From Bacteroidales bacterium (GTDB lineage: Bacteria > Bacteroidota > Bacteroidia > Bacteroidales > CAIWKO01), in contig DAOORA010000009.1 in NCBI GenBank assembly GCA_035389045.1, positions 1 to 64,000 of the forward strand: a stretch of 64,000 bases of DNA, written 5' to 3'. Below are positions 8,687 through 18,238 of this stretch, one piece after another. Numbering within the stretch: the first letter of the stretch is position 1; every line of letters starts with the position of its first letter. Both the position numbers and the translations under genes were made by a program. The notes beneath the pieces were generated by a model, which searched no databases, was not told where the DNA came from, and saw nothing but the letters and a program-made list of their open reading frames with translations.

Positions 8687-10987
8687 TCATTGTCCTATAA
8701 CAAATTTATTACAGATCAATCCATTTGAAGTTTCAATAACCATAAGATATAAACCGATATGTAAACCGGAAATATCAATTTTCACAATTTCAGATCCCAT
8801 GGATGATTTATGGCAAGGATAACCCGAAATGACATGCTGTCCCTTAGAATTATATATCTTATAAGAAACAATATCACCGGAGTTGCTCAGCTCGCAATAA
8901 ATATTGCCGGTGGCCGGGTTGGGAAACAGGACAAAACTGCCGGCAGGAAGCGTTTCGATGTAATTATTTTCCGCGAAAGAAGGCTGCATAAAAATAAAAG
9001 GCCCATAACCATTAGGATAACGGCCATACGTTCTGTCGGCAGATTGTAATCCATACCGAACCGAATCCAGCACATTCGTATTGGCGTCCAGTAAATAAAG
9101 CCTGCCCCCTTCATGGTTCGTTGAAAACCCTGCATGAAGTTTTCCCTGGCTGGTATCAGCATCAGCCCAGACAACAATAAAAGATTGACCAGCCACAACG
9201 GTATCCGGAAAAGCCCATTTTAAAGGTTCCTCCGGATCATCCGACAAAAATAATTGCCCGATATCCTGGCTTTCCCCGGTAGTGTTGAAAATCTCGATCC
9301 AGCCACCCAGCCCGCAACCCTGAGAATTTCCCATACCGTAACCAGACATTAATTCATTAATAACCATATCGCCGGAATTAAACAAAGGCTGTATATGATA
9401 AAATTCATACGCGGCCCGTTCGGGTGAGAACATCCCTGCGCTGTCGTTCTGGGCATAAATATAATACTGTACCACAGGTCCCTTAGTCATAATGCCTGCA
9501 CCGAATATCCCGTCACCGGAAACGCTGTCGTTATGAGCACCGTCATCATACATACATATGCTTTTAAAAACAGCATCCGTTTTGTAACGATAGTGAAGAA
9601 AAACCTCTCCGGCTCCGGAAACTGCTGCATTGATCCATACTTGTGCTCCCTGTGCCGGAAAATCCGGATCATGACTTATTTCGGAAATTACAGGAGCGCC
9701 CTGAAAACCCGGAAAAGTATCCAGATACGCGATCCGGGCTTCCATAAGGTCCCTGAGTCCCGGAAAAACATTATTCCCCGAACCTACCGTGGTATCTAGG
9801 TTCTGATGAAACTGTGCATAGGGATAAAACTTATTGGTGTCGTTTTGCACATACTGATCGATCCTGTTTTGCAACTCCAGTCCTCTTGTGAGGTAAAAGT
9901 TGTTTCGGAAATTCTCATTGATAATGGTCTTCATATGCGCCAGGAACATCTTTTTCCTCGTCGGATTCTGCAGAAGATTCACAATAAGAGGTCGCGGTGA
10001 CAAAGGCGTGGATGCCAGCATTTTCAGCGGATCCAATGATTTTCTCTTGAGAATGGTAAGTCCGTTGGGCGGGGCAGTAATACCATCGGTTTCCTTGAAA
10101 CTGCCGAACGACATATTAAAATCCCACATAACCGGGTTGAAACGCCCATAATTATCCATATAAAGATAATAATTCTGCGAATATCCTATATAGCTATCCA
10201 GGTTGACCAGTGCATAGTTGATGGCATGCATCCAGAGCGTCCTGTCAATATATAAAATAGTATCGATATGAGAAGTATCATTATTCAAAATGTCAATGAG
10301 TCTTAAAAGATCAGGCCAGGCCTTTTCAGGGTCATCCGATTCAAGTTTATAATAGGGCTTATAACTTGATGTGTCATCATCAAAATAGGTAAGATTAGAG
10401 TTTTGTCCACCCGGAATGATCAGGTGTTCGGGTGCGCCCTTGAAAAAAGTGTTATCTCTTTCGCCGAAACGGGAACCGGCAAAATTCTTGTCCACAGCTT
10501 CCACATTAGTATATAATCCCAGCAAAGTATCATTGACATACACATTGGCAAAATTTGCCTTTGAAGCAGGGAGATATTTTCTTGCAATTTCATACGACAA
10601 CACCTCTCTCACAAAAGAGGGGTCCTGTATGACATTACTAAGTTTCAGTTTTGTATAACCCTGGTAATTCTGATTATTGTAATTATATTCAAGGTCTATA
10701 TTAAAAGGGCTTTTCACAACATCGGGATCGAAAGAACTATACCCTTTATATCGCACTCCAATGTTACGGAACATCTTTCCTTCGACCATCACATCGCCCA
10801 GCAACCGCCCATCTTCTCCAACATATTGATGCAGACTGTCGAGTATATAATCCCAGTTACCCTCTTTAAAATAAATACGAACCTCCCGGATACTGTCAGC
10901 ATCATAGAAATCACTCTGTGAACGCACAGTGAATGCACATAAAACAGATAGTATAAGAAACAATATGATGCTTTTTACCTTAGCCAC
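8687..10987 (-). CDS. Second CotH-family kinase with LTD and T9SS CTD
   Basis: VRYKGYSS, KSPFNIDL, GLYTNVEAVD, NLDSYIGYSQNYYLY, WDFNMSFG; MYDDGAHNDSVSGDG motif; LTD VINE..WIEIFN; CTD LFPNP...GLYLMVI...NKFVIGQ. Confidence 0.88.
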   Translation of the reverse strand: MAKVKSIILFLILSVLCAFTVRSQSDFYDADSIREVRIYFKEGNWDYILDSLHQYVGEDGRLLGDVMVEGKMFRNIGVRYKGYSSFDPDVVKSPFNIDLEYNYNNQNYQGYTKLKLSNVIQDPSFVREVLSYEIARKYLPASKANFANVYVNDTLLGLYTNVEAVDKNFAGSRFGERDNTFFKGAPEHLIIPGGQNSNLTYFDDDTSSYKPYYKLESDDPEKAWPDLLRLIDILNNDTSHIDTILYIDRTLWMHAINYALVNLDSYIGYSQNYYLYMDNYGRFNPVMWDFNMSFGSFKETDGITAPPNGLTILKRKSLDPLKMLASTPLSPRPLIVNLLQNPTRKKMFLAHMKTIINENFRNNFYLTRGLELQNRIDQYVQNDTNKFYPYAQFHQNLDTTVGSGNNVFPGLRDLMEARIAYLDTFPGFQGAPVISEISHDPDFPAQGAQVWINAAVSGAGEVFLHYRYKTDAVFKSICMYDDGAHNDSVSGDGIFGAGIMTKGPVVQYYIYAQNDSAGMFSPERAAYEFYHIQPLFNSGDMVINELMSGYGMGNSQGCGLGGWIEIFNTTGESQDIGQLFLSDDPEEPLKWAFPDTVVAGQSFIVVWADADTSQGKLHAGFSTNHEGGRLYLLDANTNVLDSVRYGLQSADRTYGRYPNGYGPFIFMQPSFAENNYIETLPAGSFVLFPNPATGNIYCELSNSGDIVSYKIYNSKGQHVISGYPCHKSSMGSEIVKIDISGLHIGLYLMVIETSNGLICNKFVIGQ

Positions 10988-11034
10988 TTTCCCTCAGGAT
11001 TTCTTATCAGATATATGAAATTTTTGATTATTCC

Positions 11035-12285
11035 TTATTCCTTAATGAATTTCCCATAAAACACTTTTTCGCCATCCGTAATTTTCATAAAATATACACC
11101 ACTATCCAATTTTTCAGTATCAATGGTGGCAGGCACAGAAATAACTTCATTTAAAAACACCCTGCCGGTAACATCTGATAGAACAACACTGCCTGAACGT
11201 ACGTAGCCGTTAATGTTAAGCACCTGCTGAACGGGGTTCGGGTATATATTAATATTCAAATCTTTTATATTTTCACTGATACCTGATTGGTCAACATATT
11301 TTGAAAGTCCTGCTCCTGTAGCGATCCATAATACATTATTCTGGTCTGCGGCAATACTGAATACCTGATCATCAACAAGGCCATCCGGTTCCGAAAATGA
11401 TACGCCGGTGCCGGTGGCAGCATTGAATTTAGTGATACCTCCTTCGATCAATGAGCCGTATTTGGTAAATTCCCCTAACCAGATATTGCCTTCAGCATCA
11501 ATTTCAATGTCCTGCACTCCGGGGTCACAAATTCCATTCGTTGTGTCATAATTGGCAACCCAGGCATCCGAACTGTTCAGTTTGGCAATACCATTTGCCG
11601 AAACGCCCAGCCACCTGTTGTTGCCGGCATCCACAGCAATGGAGGTAATGATATTGCTTTTGAGCTGGGTTATGGTAGTCTGATTGTATGTGGAAAATGT
11701 AGAATTATATTTCACCAGTCCCAGATCCGTACCGAACCATTTATTATTCATTCCATCAATATAAATATAATAAATCGAAGCTATCGCACCGGCATCCGAT
11801 GGGAGCCCGTCAGCATCAGTGTAAGTGGTCCATGTGGAACCGCTCAGCTTCGACAAGCCTGCGCCCCATGAGCCGAACCAGATATCTCCGGTATTTTCAC
11901 TTGCGATTGCATGAATACCATTATCACATAAGCCATCCGCATTGGTATAAGTCGTCCATGAAACGCCGTCGTATCTGGCCACACCGTCACCCTCGGTTCC
12001 GATCCAGATATTATTATTGGTTTTATCAACGGCTATACACGATATGATATCCACAGGCAGCCCATCGGCAGTGGTATATACAGTCCAGTTCGTACCGTCA
12101 AATTTTGCAACCCCTGCATCCGTCCCCACCCATACATTATTGCTGGTATCAATAACAACCCCTCCGACCACATAATCACTGGGGAGGATGCTGTTCCCGG
12201 TTGTGTAATTGGTGAACTGAGCATTCACACTACAGATCATGCCAAACATGAAAATGCAAATGGTGACTAAATGTAACTTTTTCAT
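11035..12285 (-). CDS. Two-component-regulator-type beta-propeller protein (PorZ-like repeats) with T9SS CTD
   Basis: Seven repeats of type IAVD..NNIWIGT..GVARYDG..WT.YT..DGL; CTD IYPNP...GVYFMKI...GKFIKE. Confidence 0.8.
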   Translation of the reverse strand: MKKLHLVTICIFMFGMICSVNAQFTNYTTGNSILPSDYVVGGVVIDTSNNVWVGTDAGVAKFDGTNWTVYTTADGLPVDIISCIAVDKTNNNIWIGTEGDGVARYDGVSWTTYTNADGLCDNGIHAIASENTGDIWFGSWGAGLSKLSGSTWTTYTDADGLPSDAGAIASIYYIYIDGMNNKWFGTDLGLVKYNSTFSTYNQTTITQLKSNIITSIAVDAGNNRWLGVSANGIAKLNSSDAWVANYDTTNGICDPGVQDIEIDAEGNIWLGEFTKYGSLIEGGITKFNAATGTGVSFSEPDGLVDDQVFSIAADQNNVLWIATGAGLSKYVDQSGISENIKDLNINIYPNPVQQVLNINGYVRSGSVVLSDVTGRVFLNEVISVPATIDTEKLDSGVYFMKITDGEKVFYGKFIKE

Positions 12286-12389
12286 AATGTTTGATTTACG
12301 TTAGTTTTATAACTTATTACTATATACTTTTTATAATACATCTTTTAGAAAAGAAAAAATCGGATAAAAACTGTGGTTTTACATGATTT

Positions 12390-14162
12390 CTATTTTATTA
12401 AAATTATTTTTTTATTGATAAGGTTATTGTCTGAAGTTTTTACACTCAGATAATATATACCATTTGCAAAATCTGACAAATTGATCATTTTGCTGTTTTT
12501 CCCGCAAAAAACCACATCTCCGAATGAACTGCATATCTTTACTTCATAGTCATTATTCAGTGCGAATTCTTCATTGATATTGATGATGCCGGATGTCGGA
12601 TTGGGGTAGATAGTTAATGATGCCTTTTCGGTACTGTTTTCATTCATGCCAGTACAGGCTTCAACAACCACGGTAGCAAACGCCGTAGTTGTGGTGGTAA
12701 TGGTATTTGAATTGAAAGTACCTGACATGGAAACGGTTACCAGATAGGTATATGTTCCTGCAACGGACGGCACTGCTGTCGGGTTTTGATCAGAAGCAGA
12801 AGAAAAAGATGATGTGGCAGGAACGGATACCCAGGAATAAGTATAGACAGGATTGGAAATCACGGGCGCTGATTTTATGTTACAATTGAGTGTTATCATA
12901 CTGCCGGCACATAGGGTGTCGGACGTGGCTGTTGCAGTTATCCAGGGTCCGAAAACATCAGTTTTTTTAAGCCGGTCCGATTGTGTTGTACTTACGGTAA
13001 TACTTTGCAGAGCAGTTGTACTGTTTCTGGATTCCACAAATTTCGAATTCGGTACCGTCATAAGAATATTTCCATTATCCAGCGCCTGGCAACCACCCTG
13101 TCCCTGAATAGAAAGGTTGGGTATGGTTGGTTTTACACAGGTAGAAGGGCCGACCACCGAACCGGGGGCATAGGTATAATTATAAGGATTGGAAGTTGAG
13201 TAAGGCGGAAGATGCAAAACCGCCTGGGCATTACCTCCGGAATTGTTATGCAACACACTCAGATAATTTGGCCATACCAAATTGGTCGCCGGAACCCACC
13301 GGCAGTCATGAATGGTATTTAGTGATATGCCGTTGCCATCGGTAGTGCAGCCATAATTCTCAGGGCTTCCCCACCGGTAAAGAAAATCACCCCCCTTACC
13401 TGATTTACCTCCGGCATGTGTCGCAGCTTCAGCTGTTGTGGTACTATGGTCTATAACATAAATCTCTTCTTTAACGTGCGAACATATAGCAATCTGGTCA
13501 AGTGTCGGGTTATAATCTATACCGTTCATATGAAACCAGTCGGATGTTATGCCTCCGTTAGTAGTGCAGTTTACATTGAACCGTTCGGGATGCTGTGCAA
13601 TATTGGTCACATAGGTGGCCGGATAAGCTGAATTTGTGCTCTGGCAGAGATGATCCCATAAATGCCATTCCCAGACAACGGTTCCTGTTGTTGAACCGGT
13701 AGGTTTTATTTCCCTGATAACCGGCGACTTAACAGTGGAGCTTGATGTACCGCCCACACTGCTTGGCACCTTTGACTCGTCGACTATCACCAGTACATTG
13801 CCGTTGGGCATGGGACAAATATCATGATGGGCGCCGGATAAAGTATAGGTCCAGACGTTGTTAACAGTATTATTTCCGGTCCATGCCCATTTTCTCACGG
13901 ATCCATAACCTCCCGCAGTACCGCCATTCCCATAAGTCTGATAAATTGTATCGTGATAAAAATGAGCCGAATAGGTGGTACTTCCGATATTAAACCTTTG
14001 AAAATAACCTGAAGATGTAGTTGCCGCAGTATCAATTAAATAAGCATAACTACTGCCGGTACAGAAGGTATACATCTCCTGTTGCTGAGCATTTACATGA
14101 TTTAAAACGAAAAAACTAATGATTATTAGCGAAAATCTAATCAGGTGATTGCTTGTGTTCAT
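12390..14162 (-). CDS. Arylsulfate sulfotransferase (ASST)-like beta-propeller with T9SS CTD
   Basis: HHDICPMPNGNVL, VVWEWHLWDHL, DWFHMNGIDYN, IDHSTTTAEAA...GGDFLYRWG, IHDCRW; CTD IYPNP...GIYYL...KKIILIK. Confidence 0.78.
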   Translation of the reverse strand: MNTSNHLIRFSLIIISFFVLNHVNAQQQEMYTFCTGSSYAYLIDTAATTSSGYFQRFNIGSTTYSAHFYHDTIYQTYGNGGTAGGYGSVRKWAWTGNNTVNNVWTYTLSGAHHDICPMPNGNVLVIVDESKVPSSVGGTSSSTVKSPVIREIKPTGSTTGTVVWEWHLWDHLCQSTNSAYPATYVTNIAQHPERFNVNCTTNGGITSDWFHMNGIDYNPTLDQIAICSHVKEEIYVIDHSTTTAEAATHAGGKSGKGGDFLYRWGSPENYGCTTDGNGISLNTIHDCRWVPATNLVWPNYLSVLHNNSGGNAQAVLHLPPYSTSNPYNYTYAPGSVVGPSTCVKPTIPNLSIQGQGGCQALDNGNILMTVPNSKFVESRNSTTALQSITVSTTQSDRLKKTDVFGPWITATATSDTLCAGSMITLNCNIKSAPVISNPVYTYSWVSVPATSSFSSASDQNPTAVPSVAGTYTYLVTVSMSGTFNSNTITTTTTAFATVVVEACTGMNENSTEKASLTIYPNPTSGIININEEFALNNDYEVKICSSFGDVVFCGKNSKMINLSDFANGIYYLSVKTSDNNLINKKIILIK

Positions 14163-14217
14163 ATAAAATATTTTATTATAAATTAATACACATTAGTTCA
14201 CTTATACCCTGATATTT

Positions 14218-15942
14218 TTACTTAATTAAAACAACTTTTTTTCTAATTAGCTCTTTATCACTAGTTTTAACAATGATGTAGTAAATGCCAATTGCATAAG
14301 GTGAAAGATCAATATGTGTCACATTATTTTTCTGTATGATAAGTTCTCCGAAAGAATTATAAATGCTGACTTCAAAATCATTATCAAGTGTAAATGCTTC
14401 ATTTAGATTGATCATTCCGGTGGTTGGGTTGGGAAAAAATTGTAATCCGGCATTTTTCATTTCGCTTTCTTCAGTTCCTGTACATGCATTCACTGTAATA
14501 CTAACCGATGCAGTGGCCGTGCAGCCTGCATTGTTGGTAACCGTAACCGTATAGGTGTAATTGCCGGCTGTTGTTGGTGTGACTGTTGGATTTTGTGATG
14601 ATGAAGAAAAACCCCCTATATCAGACGTCCATGAATATGAATGTGTCGGGTTGGTTTCCATAATTGATGTGGCTGATGACCCTAAAGAAAACGGAGTATT
14701 AACACATATGGAATTATCTGAAGTGGTAGCTGTCACAACAGGATATCTCACCTCACATTTTTTGAGTCTGTCGGCCTGAACCGACATGACTTGAACATTC
14801 TGGTAGGTTGTTCCGGCTCCGTTACACTCATAAAACCGGGCATTGGGGTTCATAACCAGGATATTACCATTTTCAAGCGCCTGGCAGCCACCCATATTCT
14901 GCACTGTAAATGCAGGCGTGGTGGGTGTAACACCAGATGTAGGACCGATTACTGACCCTGCCGTATACGTATAGTTATACCCGTTATAGGGGGGCAAACA
15001 AAGAACTGCAGCATGTCCTGAACTGCATCCGCCGTTATGGAAAAAGCTGATATAACCGGGATATAATGTATTTGTCGTGAGTACCCAGCGCACGTCATGA
15101 ATAACATTTAATGTTACGCCGTTGCCATTCGCAGTACAATTATAATTTTGGGGTTTGCCCCAACGGTATAAAAAATCTCCGCCTTTTCCGGAATTTCCTC
15201 CCGCACTGGTAGCCGCCTCTGCAGTTGTGGTGCTGTGATCTATCACAAATATTTCGTCATGATTGTGTGAACTGAATACAATCTGGTCTAAGGTGGGATT
15301 ATAGTCCAGGCCGTTTGGATGAAAACCATCCGTGGTCAGATTACAGTTAATATTCCAGCGCTGAGGACAATTGGCTACATTGGAATAATAATTCGGATAA
15401 GAAGACCCTTTGCTTTGACACAAATGATCCCACAACTTCCACTCCCAAACTACTGTACCGCTTGTTGCCCCAGTTGGCTTAATTTCACGAATGATATCAA
15501 AAGAATAAGTAGTGCCGCTTGAGACATTACCACCTATAGCCTGCACCTGAGAAAGAGTTTTGGTTTCACGTACCAGAACCAACACATTGCCATTGGGCAT
15601 CGGGCATAAATCATGATGCATTTTGGAGGCAGTGTAAGTCCAAACACAGGTCGCAGTTGTGGGGCTGGTTATCGCCCATTTTTTCACCGAACCATAACCT
15701 CCGGTACCCGAACCCTGACCGTAGCCCTGATAGATAGTATCATTTTGGAAATGTGCTGTATATGGTGTTTGACCAATATTCCACCGGGCAAAATAACTTG
15801 ATGATGTCGTGGATGTTGTATCGAACAAATAAGCATAACTGCTTCCCGTACAGAACGTATACATCTCCTGTTGCTGAGCATCAGTCTTTTCTGCACCAAA
15901 AGACAAGTACATAATTATAAAAACAAACAACGTTTTTTTCAT
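14218..15942 (-). CDS. Second ASST-like beta-propeller with T9SS CTD (paralogue of 12390..14162)
   Basis: Same motifs (HHDLCPMPNGN, FHPNGLDYN, GGDFLYRWG, IHDVRW); start MKKTLF preferred. Confidence 0.78.
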   Translation of the reverse strand: MKKTLFVFIIMYLSFGAEKTDAQQQEMYTFCTGSSYAYLFDTTSTTSSSYFARWNIGQTPYTAHFQNDTIYQGYGQGSGTGGYGSVKKWAITSPTTATCVWTYTASKMHHDLCPMPNGNVLVLVRETKTLSQVQAIGGNVSSGTTYSFDIIREIKPTGATSGTVVWEWKLWDHLCQSKGSSYPNYYSNVANCPQRWNINCNLTTDGFHPNGLDYNPTLDQIVFSSHNHDEIFVIDHSTTTAEAATSAGGNSGKGGDFLYRWGKPQNYNCTANGNGVTLNVIHDVRWVLTTNTLYPGYISFFHNGGCSSGHAAVLCLPPYNGYNYTYTAGSVIGPTSGVTPTTPAFTVQNMGGCQALENGNILVMNPNARFYECNGAGTTYQNVQVMSVQADRLKKCEVRYPVVTATTSDNSICVNTPFSLGSSATSIMETNPTHSYSWTSDIGGFSSSSQNPTVTPTTAGNYTYTVTVTNNAGCTATASVSITVNACTGTEESEMKNAGLQFFPNPTTGMINLNEAFTLDNDFEVSIYNSFGELIIQKNNVTHIDLSPYAIGIYYIIVKTSDKELIRKKVVLIK

Positions 15943-16014
15943 ATTTGACCAAAATTTCAATAAAGATGTTTTTAGAATGATTATTTAAACTAATGAATAG
16001 CAAATTTTTATAAA

Positions 16015-16107
16015 CAAAAATATAAATTTTTTTTAAAAAAAATCAGTAATTCTTAAATAATCTACGTTTATTACAAAATAATCGACAAAAGAACTTTGTT
16101 TGTCGAT
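16015..16107 (-). promoter_or_regulatory. Putative promoter (-7 TATTTTTG) of the ASST/CotH/VTC operon with upstream 21-bp-periodic candidate LytTR boxes
   Basis: CAAAAATA at 16015-16022 on +; TCTAC/TCGAC/TCGAT at 16061, 16082 and 16103. Confidence 0.5.
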
Positions 16108-16397
16108 AATAAATATTTATCCAGCTTGCATTAATACGATTTTAAAGCAATAAGTACAGCAAAAATCACACAACTTCTATCAAATATGTATTATTTATAT
16201 TTTCCTCTTAATAAAAACTCAGACCACAACAAAAATCGGAGAATCAATCCTGATACAGAATTAATCATAATTAATTCGTTGCCCGTATGAAAGGATCAAA
16301 GACAAAAAAAAACTTTTTCTCTATAAAATTCAACATTATATCTATTTTATTTTTTTATTAATCTTCTTTTTAGGAAATTTGTTATTATTTTAAAATA

Positions 16398-17471
16398 ATG
16401 AAATTAACCACTTCATATAACAAAAGTCCTTTGGTGTTCAATATCCTGATGCATCTTGCTGTCTGGGTAATATTATTCAGCCTTCCGGTATTGTTTTATC
16501 CCGGAGAGTTAAGTTCGTTCAGGGTTGTATTCCGGATGAACTGGATTTTTTTATTTTTTGCAGGTATATTATTCTATCTGAACTATTTTTTTCTTGTTGA
16601 TTTTTTTGTTTTTGGAAAAAAAACAATTTGGTTTGTCATTATAAATCTGCTCCTTATTGCAGCCTTTACATGGCTAAACGATCAGTTAATAATGAACTTA
16701 CACAGGCCATTACTTGGCGATCCCGGGCCGCCACATCCTCCGGGACATGGACAAATGCCCATGTTTAAACCCGACAGGAATATGTTTTTCATAAGAAATG
16801 CAGGCACCTATTTAGTCCCGGTGATCATTAGTCTGGTATTACGGGTTTTGAAAAGAATAAAAAAAGTTGAAGCAGAAAAAAAAGACATCGAACGTGAAAG
16901 GCTCCAGGCTGAATTAATGCACCTGAAAAACCAGCTTCACCCCCATTTCTTTTTTAATTCGCTGAATAACATCTACGCTTTGGTAGATATCTCTCCCGAA
17001 AAATCAAAAGTTGCAATTCATGGGCTTGCAAAACTTATACGTTATTTACTATATGAAACCGACACTAATTTTGTCAAACTTTCTCAGGAAATTGATTTCC
17101 TGAAAAAATATACCCAGCTCATGCAACTCAGGCTGAATGATAAAATCAAACTGACTACTTCTTTTCCTGAAAGCACCGGAGATCTGATTATTGCCCCCCT
17201 GCTCTTCCTGCCTTTGATAGAAAATGTTTTCAAGCATGGCATTACAAGTACCGCATCAAAATTAGTCATCGAGATAACAACGGATAAAGATGTTGTGATT
17301 TTCAGGTCGATGAATGAATATAGTCCGGTTGAAAGTATGGCCGCTGAGAAAGGTATTGGCATTTATAATCTTAAAAAAAGACTTGAACTTCTCTACCCCG
17401 GGAAACATGAATTCAAAACAGAGATAAATGATAGAACTTATTTTACCTGGTTATCTGTAAAAACCAATTAA
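16398..17471 (+). CDS. LytS/YehU-type sensor histidine kinase
   Basis: N-terminal TM helices; LKNQLHPHFFFNSLNNIY H-box; PLIENVFKHG; GIGIYNLKKRLELLYP. Confidence 0.92.
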   Translation: MKLTTSYNKSPLVFNILMHLAVWVILFSLPVLFYPGELSSFRVVFRMNWIFLFFAGILFYLNYFFLVDFFVFGKKTIWFVIINLLLIAAFTWLNDQLIMNLHRPLLGDPGPPHPPGHGQMPMFKPDRNMFFIRNAGTYLVPVIISLVLRVLKRIKKVEAEKKDIERERLQAELMHLKNQLHPHFFFNSLNNIYALVDISPEKSKVAIHGLAKLIRYLLYETDTNFVKLSQEIDFLKKYTQLMQLRLNDKIKLTTSFPESTGDLIIAPLLFLPLIENVFKHGITSTASKLVIEITTDKDVVIFRSMNEYSPVESMAAEKGIGIYNLKKRLELLYPGKHEFKTEINDRTYFTWLSVKTN

Positions 17472-17510
17472 CCAAAATGAAGATATACTACCTTTGATTT
17501 TCGATAAACC

Positions 17511-18233
17511 ATGAGAATAATAAATTGTATTATTGTTGACGATGAGCCTCTTGCGCTCGACCTTCTGGAAAGTTATGTTCGAAAAACATCTTTTCTGCAC
17601 CTGGCAGCACGCTGCAGCAATGCTTTTGAAGCTATTGAAGTGATCAATAATGAAAGAGTGGATTTGATTTTCCTGGATATCAGCATGCCGGAATTAAACG
17701 GTCTCGAATTTTCGCGCACGCTGTCAAAAGAACAAAAAGTGGTGTTCACCACAGCCTATGAAAAATATGCGCTGGAGGGTTATAAAGTGGATGCCCTTGA
17801 CTATTTGCTCAAGCCATATAATTATGAAGAATTTTTAAAAGCAGCCAACAAAGTCAGGGCATGGTTCCAAATGTCCGACACCATCCCGTCCGCTCCGGAA
17901 CCCACAAAAGCAATTTTTGTGAAATCGGAGTACAAACTTATTAAAATTGATCTTGGCCAGATATTATTCATTGAAGGACTGAAGGATTATGTCAAAATTG
18001 TCCTTCTCGATAAAGAAAAATCCGTTTTATCCCTTATGAGCCTGAAATCACTGGAATTGCAACTGCCTCCTGAACAATTCATGAGGATTCACCGTTCCTA
18101 TATCATCAACCTGAACAAGATCGAACAGATTGAACGTAATCAGGTGATTATTGGCAAAACACGTATCACCATTGCTGATATTTACAAAGAAAAATTCATG
18201 AAATACATTGATTCCAAATCAATGAGTCCATAA
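17511..18233 (+). CDS. LytTR-family response regulator
   Basis: IVDDEPLA, FLDISMP, FTTAY, DYLLKP; LytTR domain FMRIHRSYIINL. Confidence 0.95.
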   Translation: MRIINCIIVDDEPLALDLLESYVRKTSFLHLAARCSNAFEAIEVINNERVDLIFLDISMPELNGLEFSRTLSKEQKVVFTTAYEKYALEGYKVDALDYLLKPYNYEEFLKAANKVRAWFQMSDTIPSAPEPTKAIFVKSEYKLIKIDLGQILFIEGLKDYVKIVLLDKEKSVLSLMSLKSLELQLPPEQFMRIHRSYIINLNKIEQIERNQVIIGKTRITIADIYKEKFMKYIDSKSMSP

Positions 18234-18238
18234 GGATT

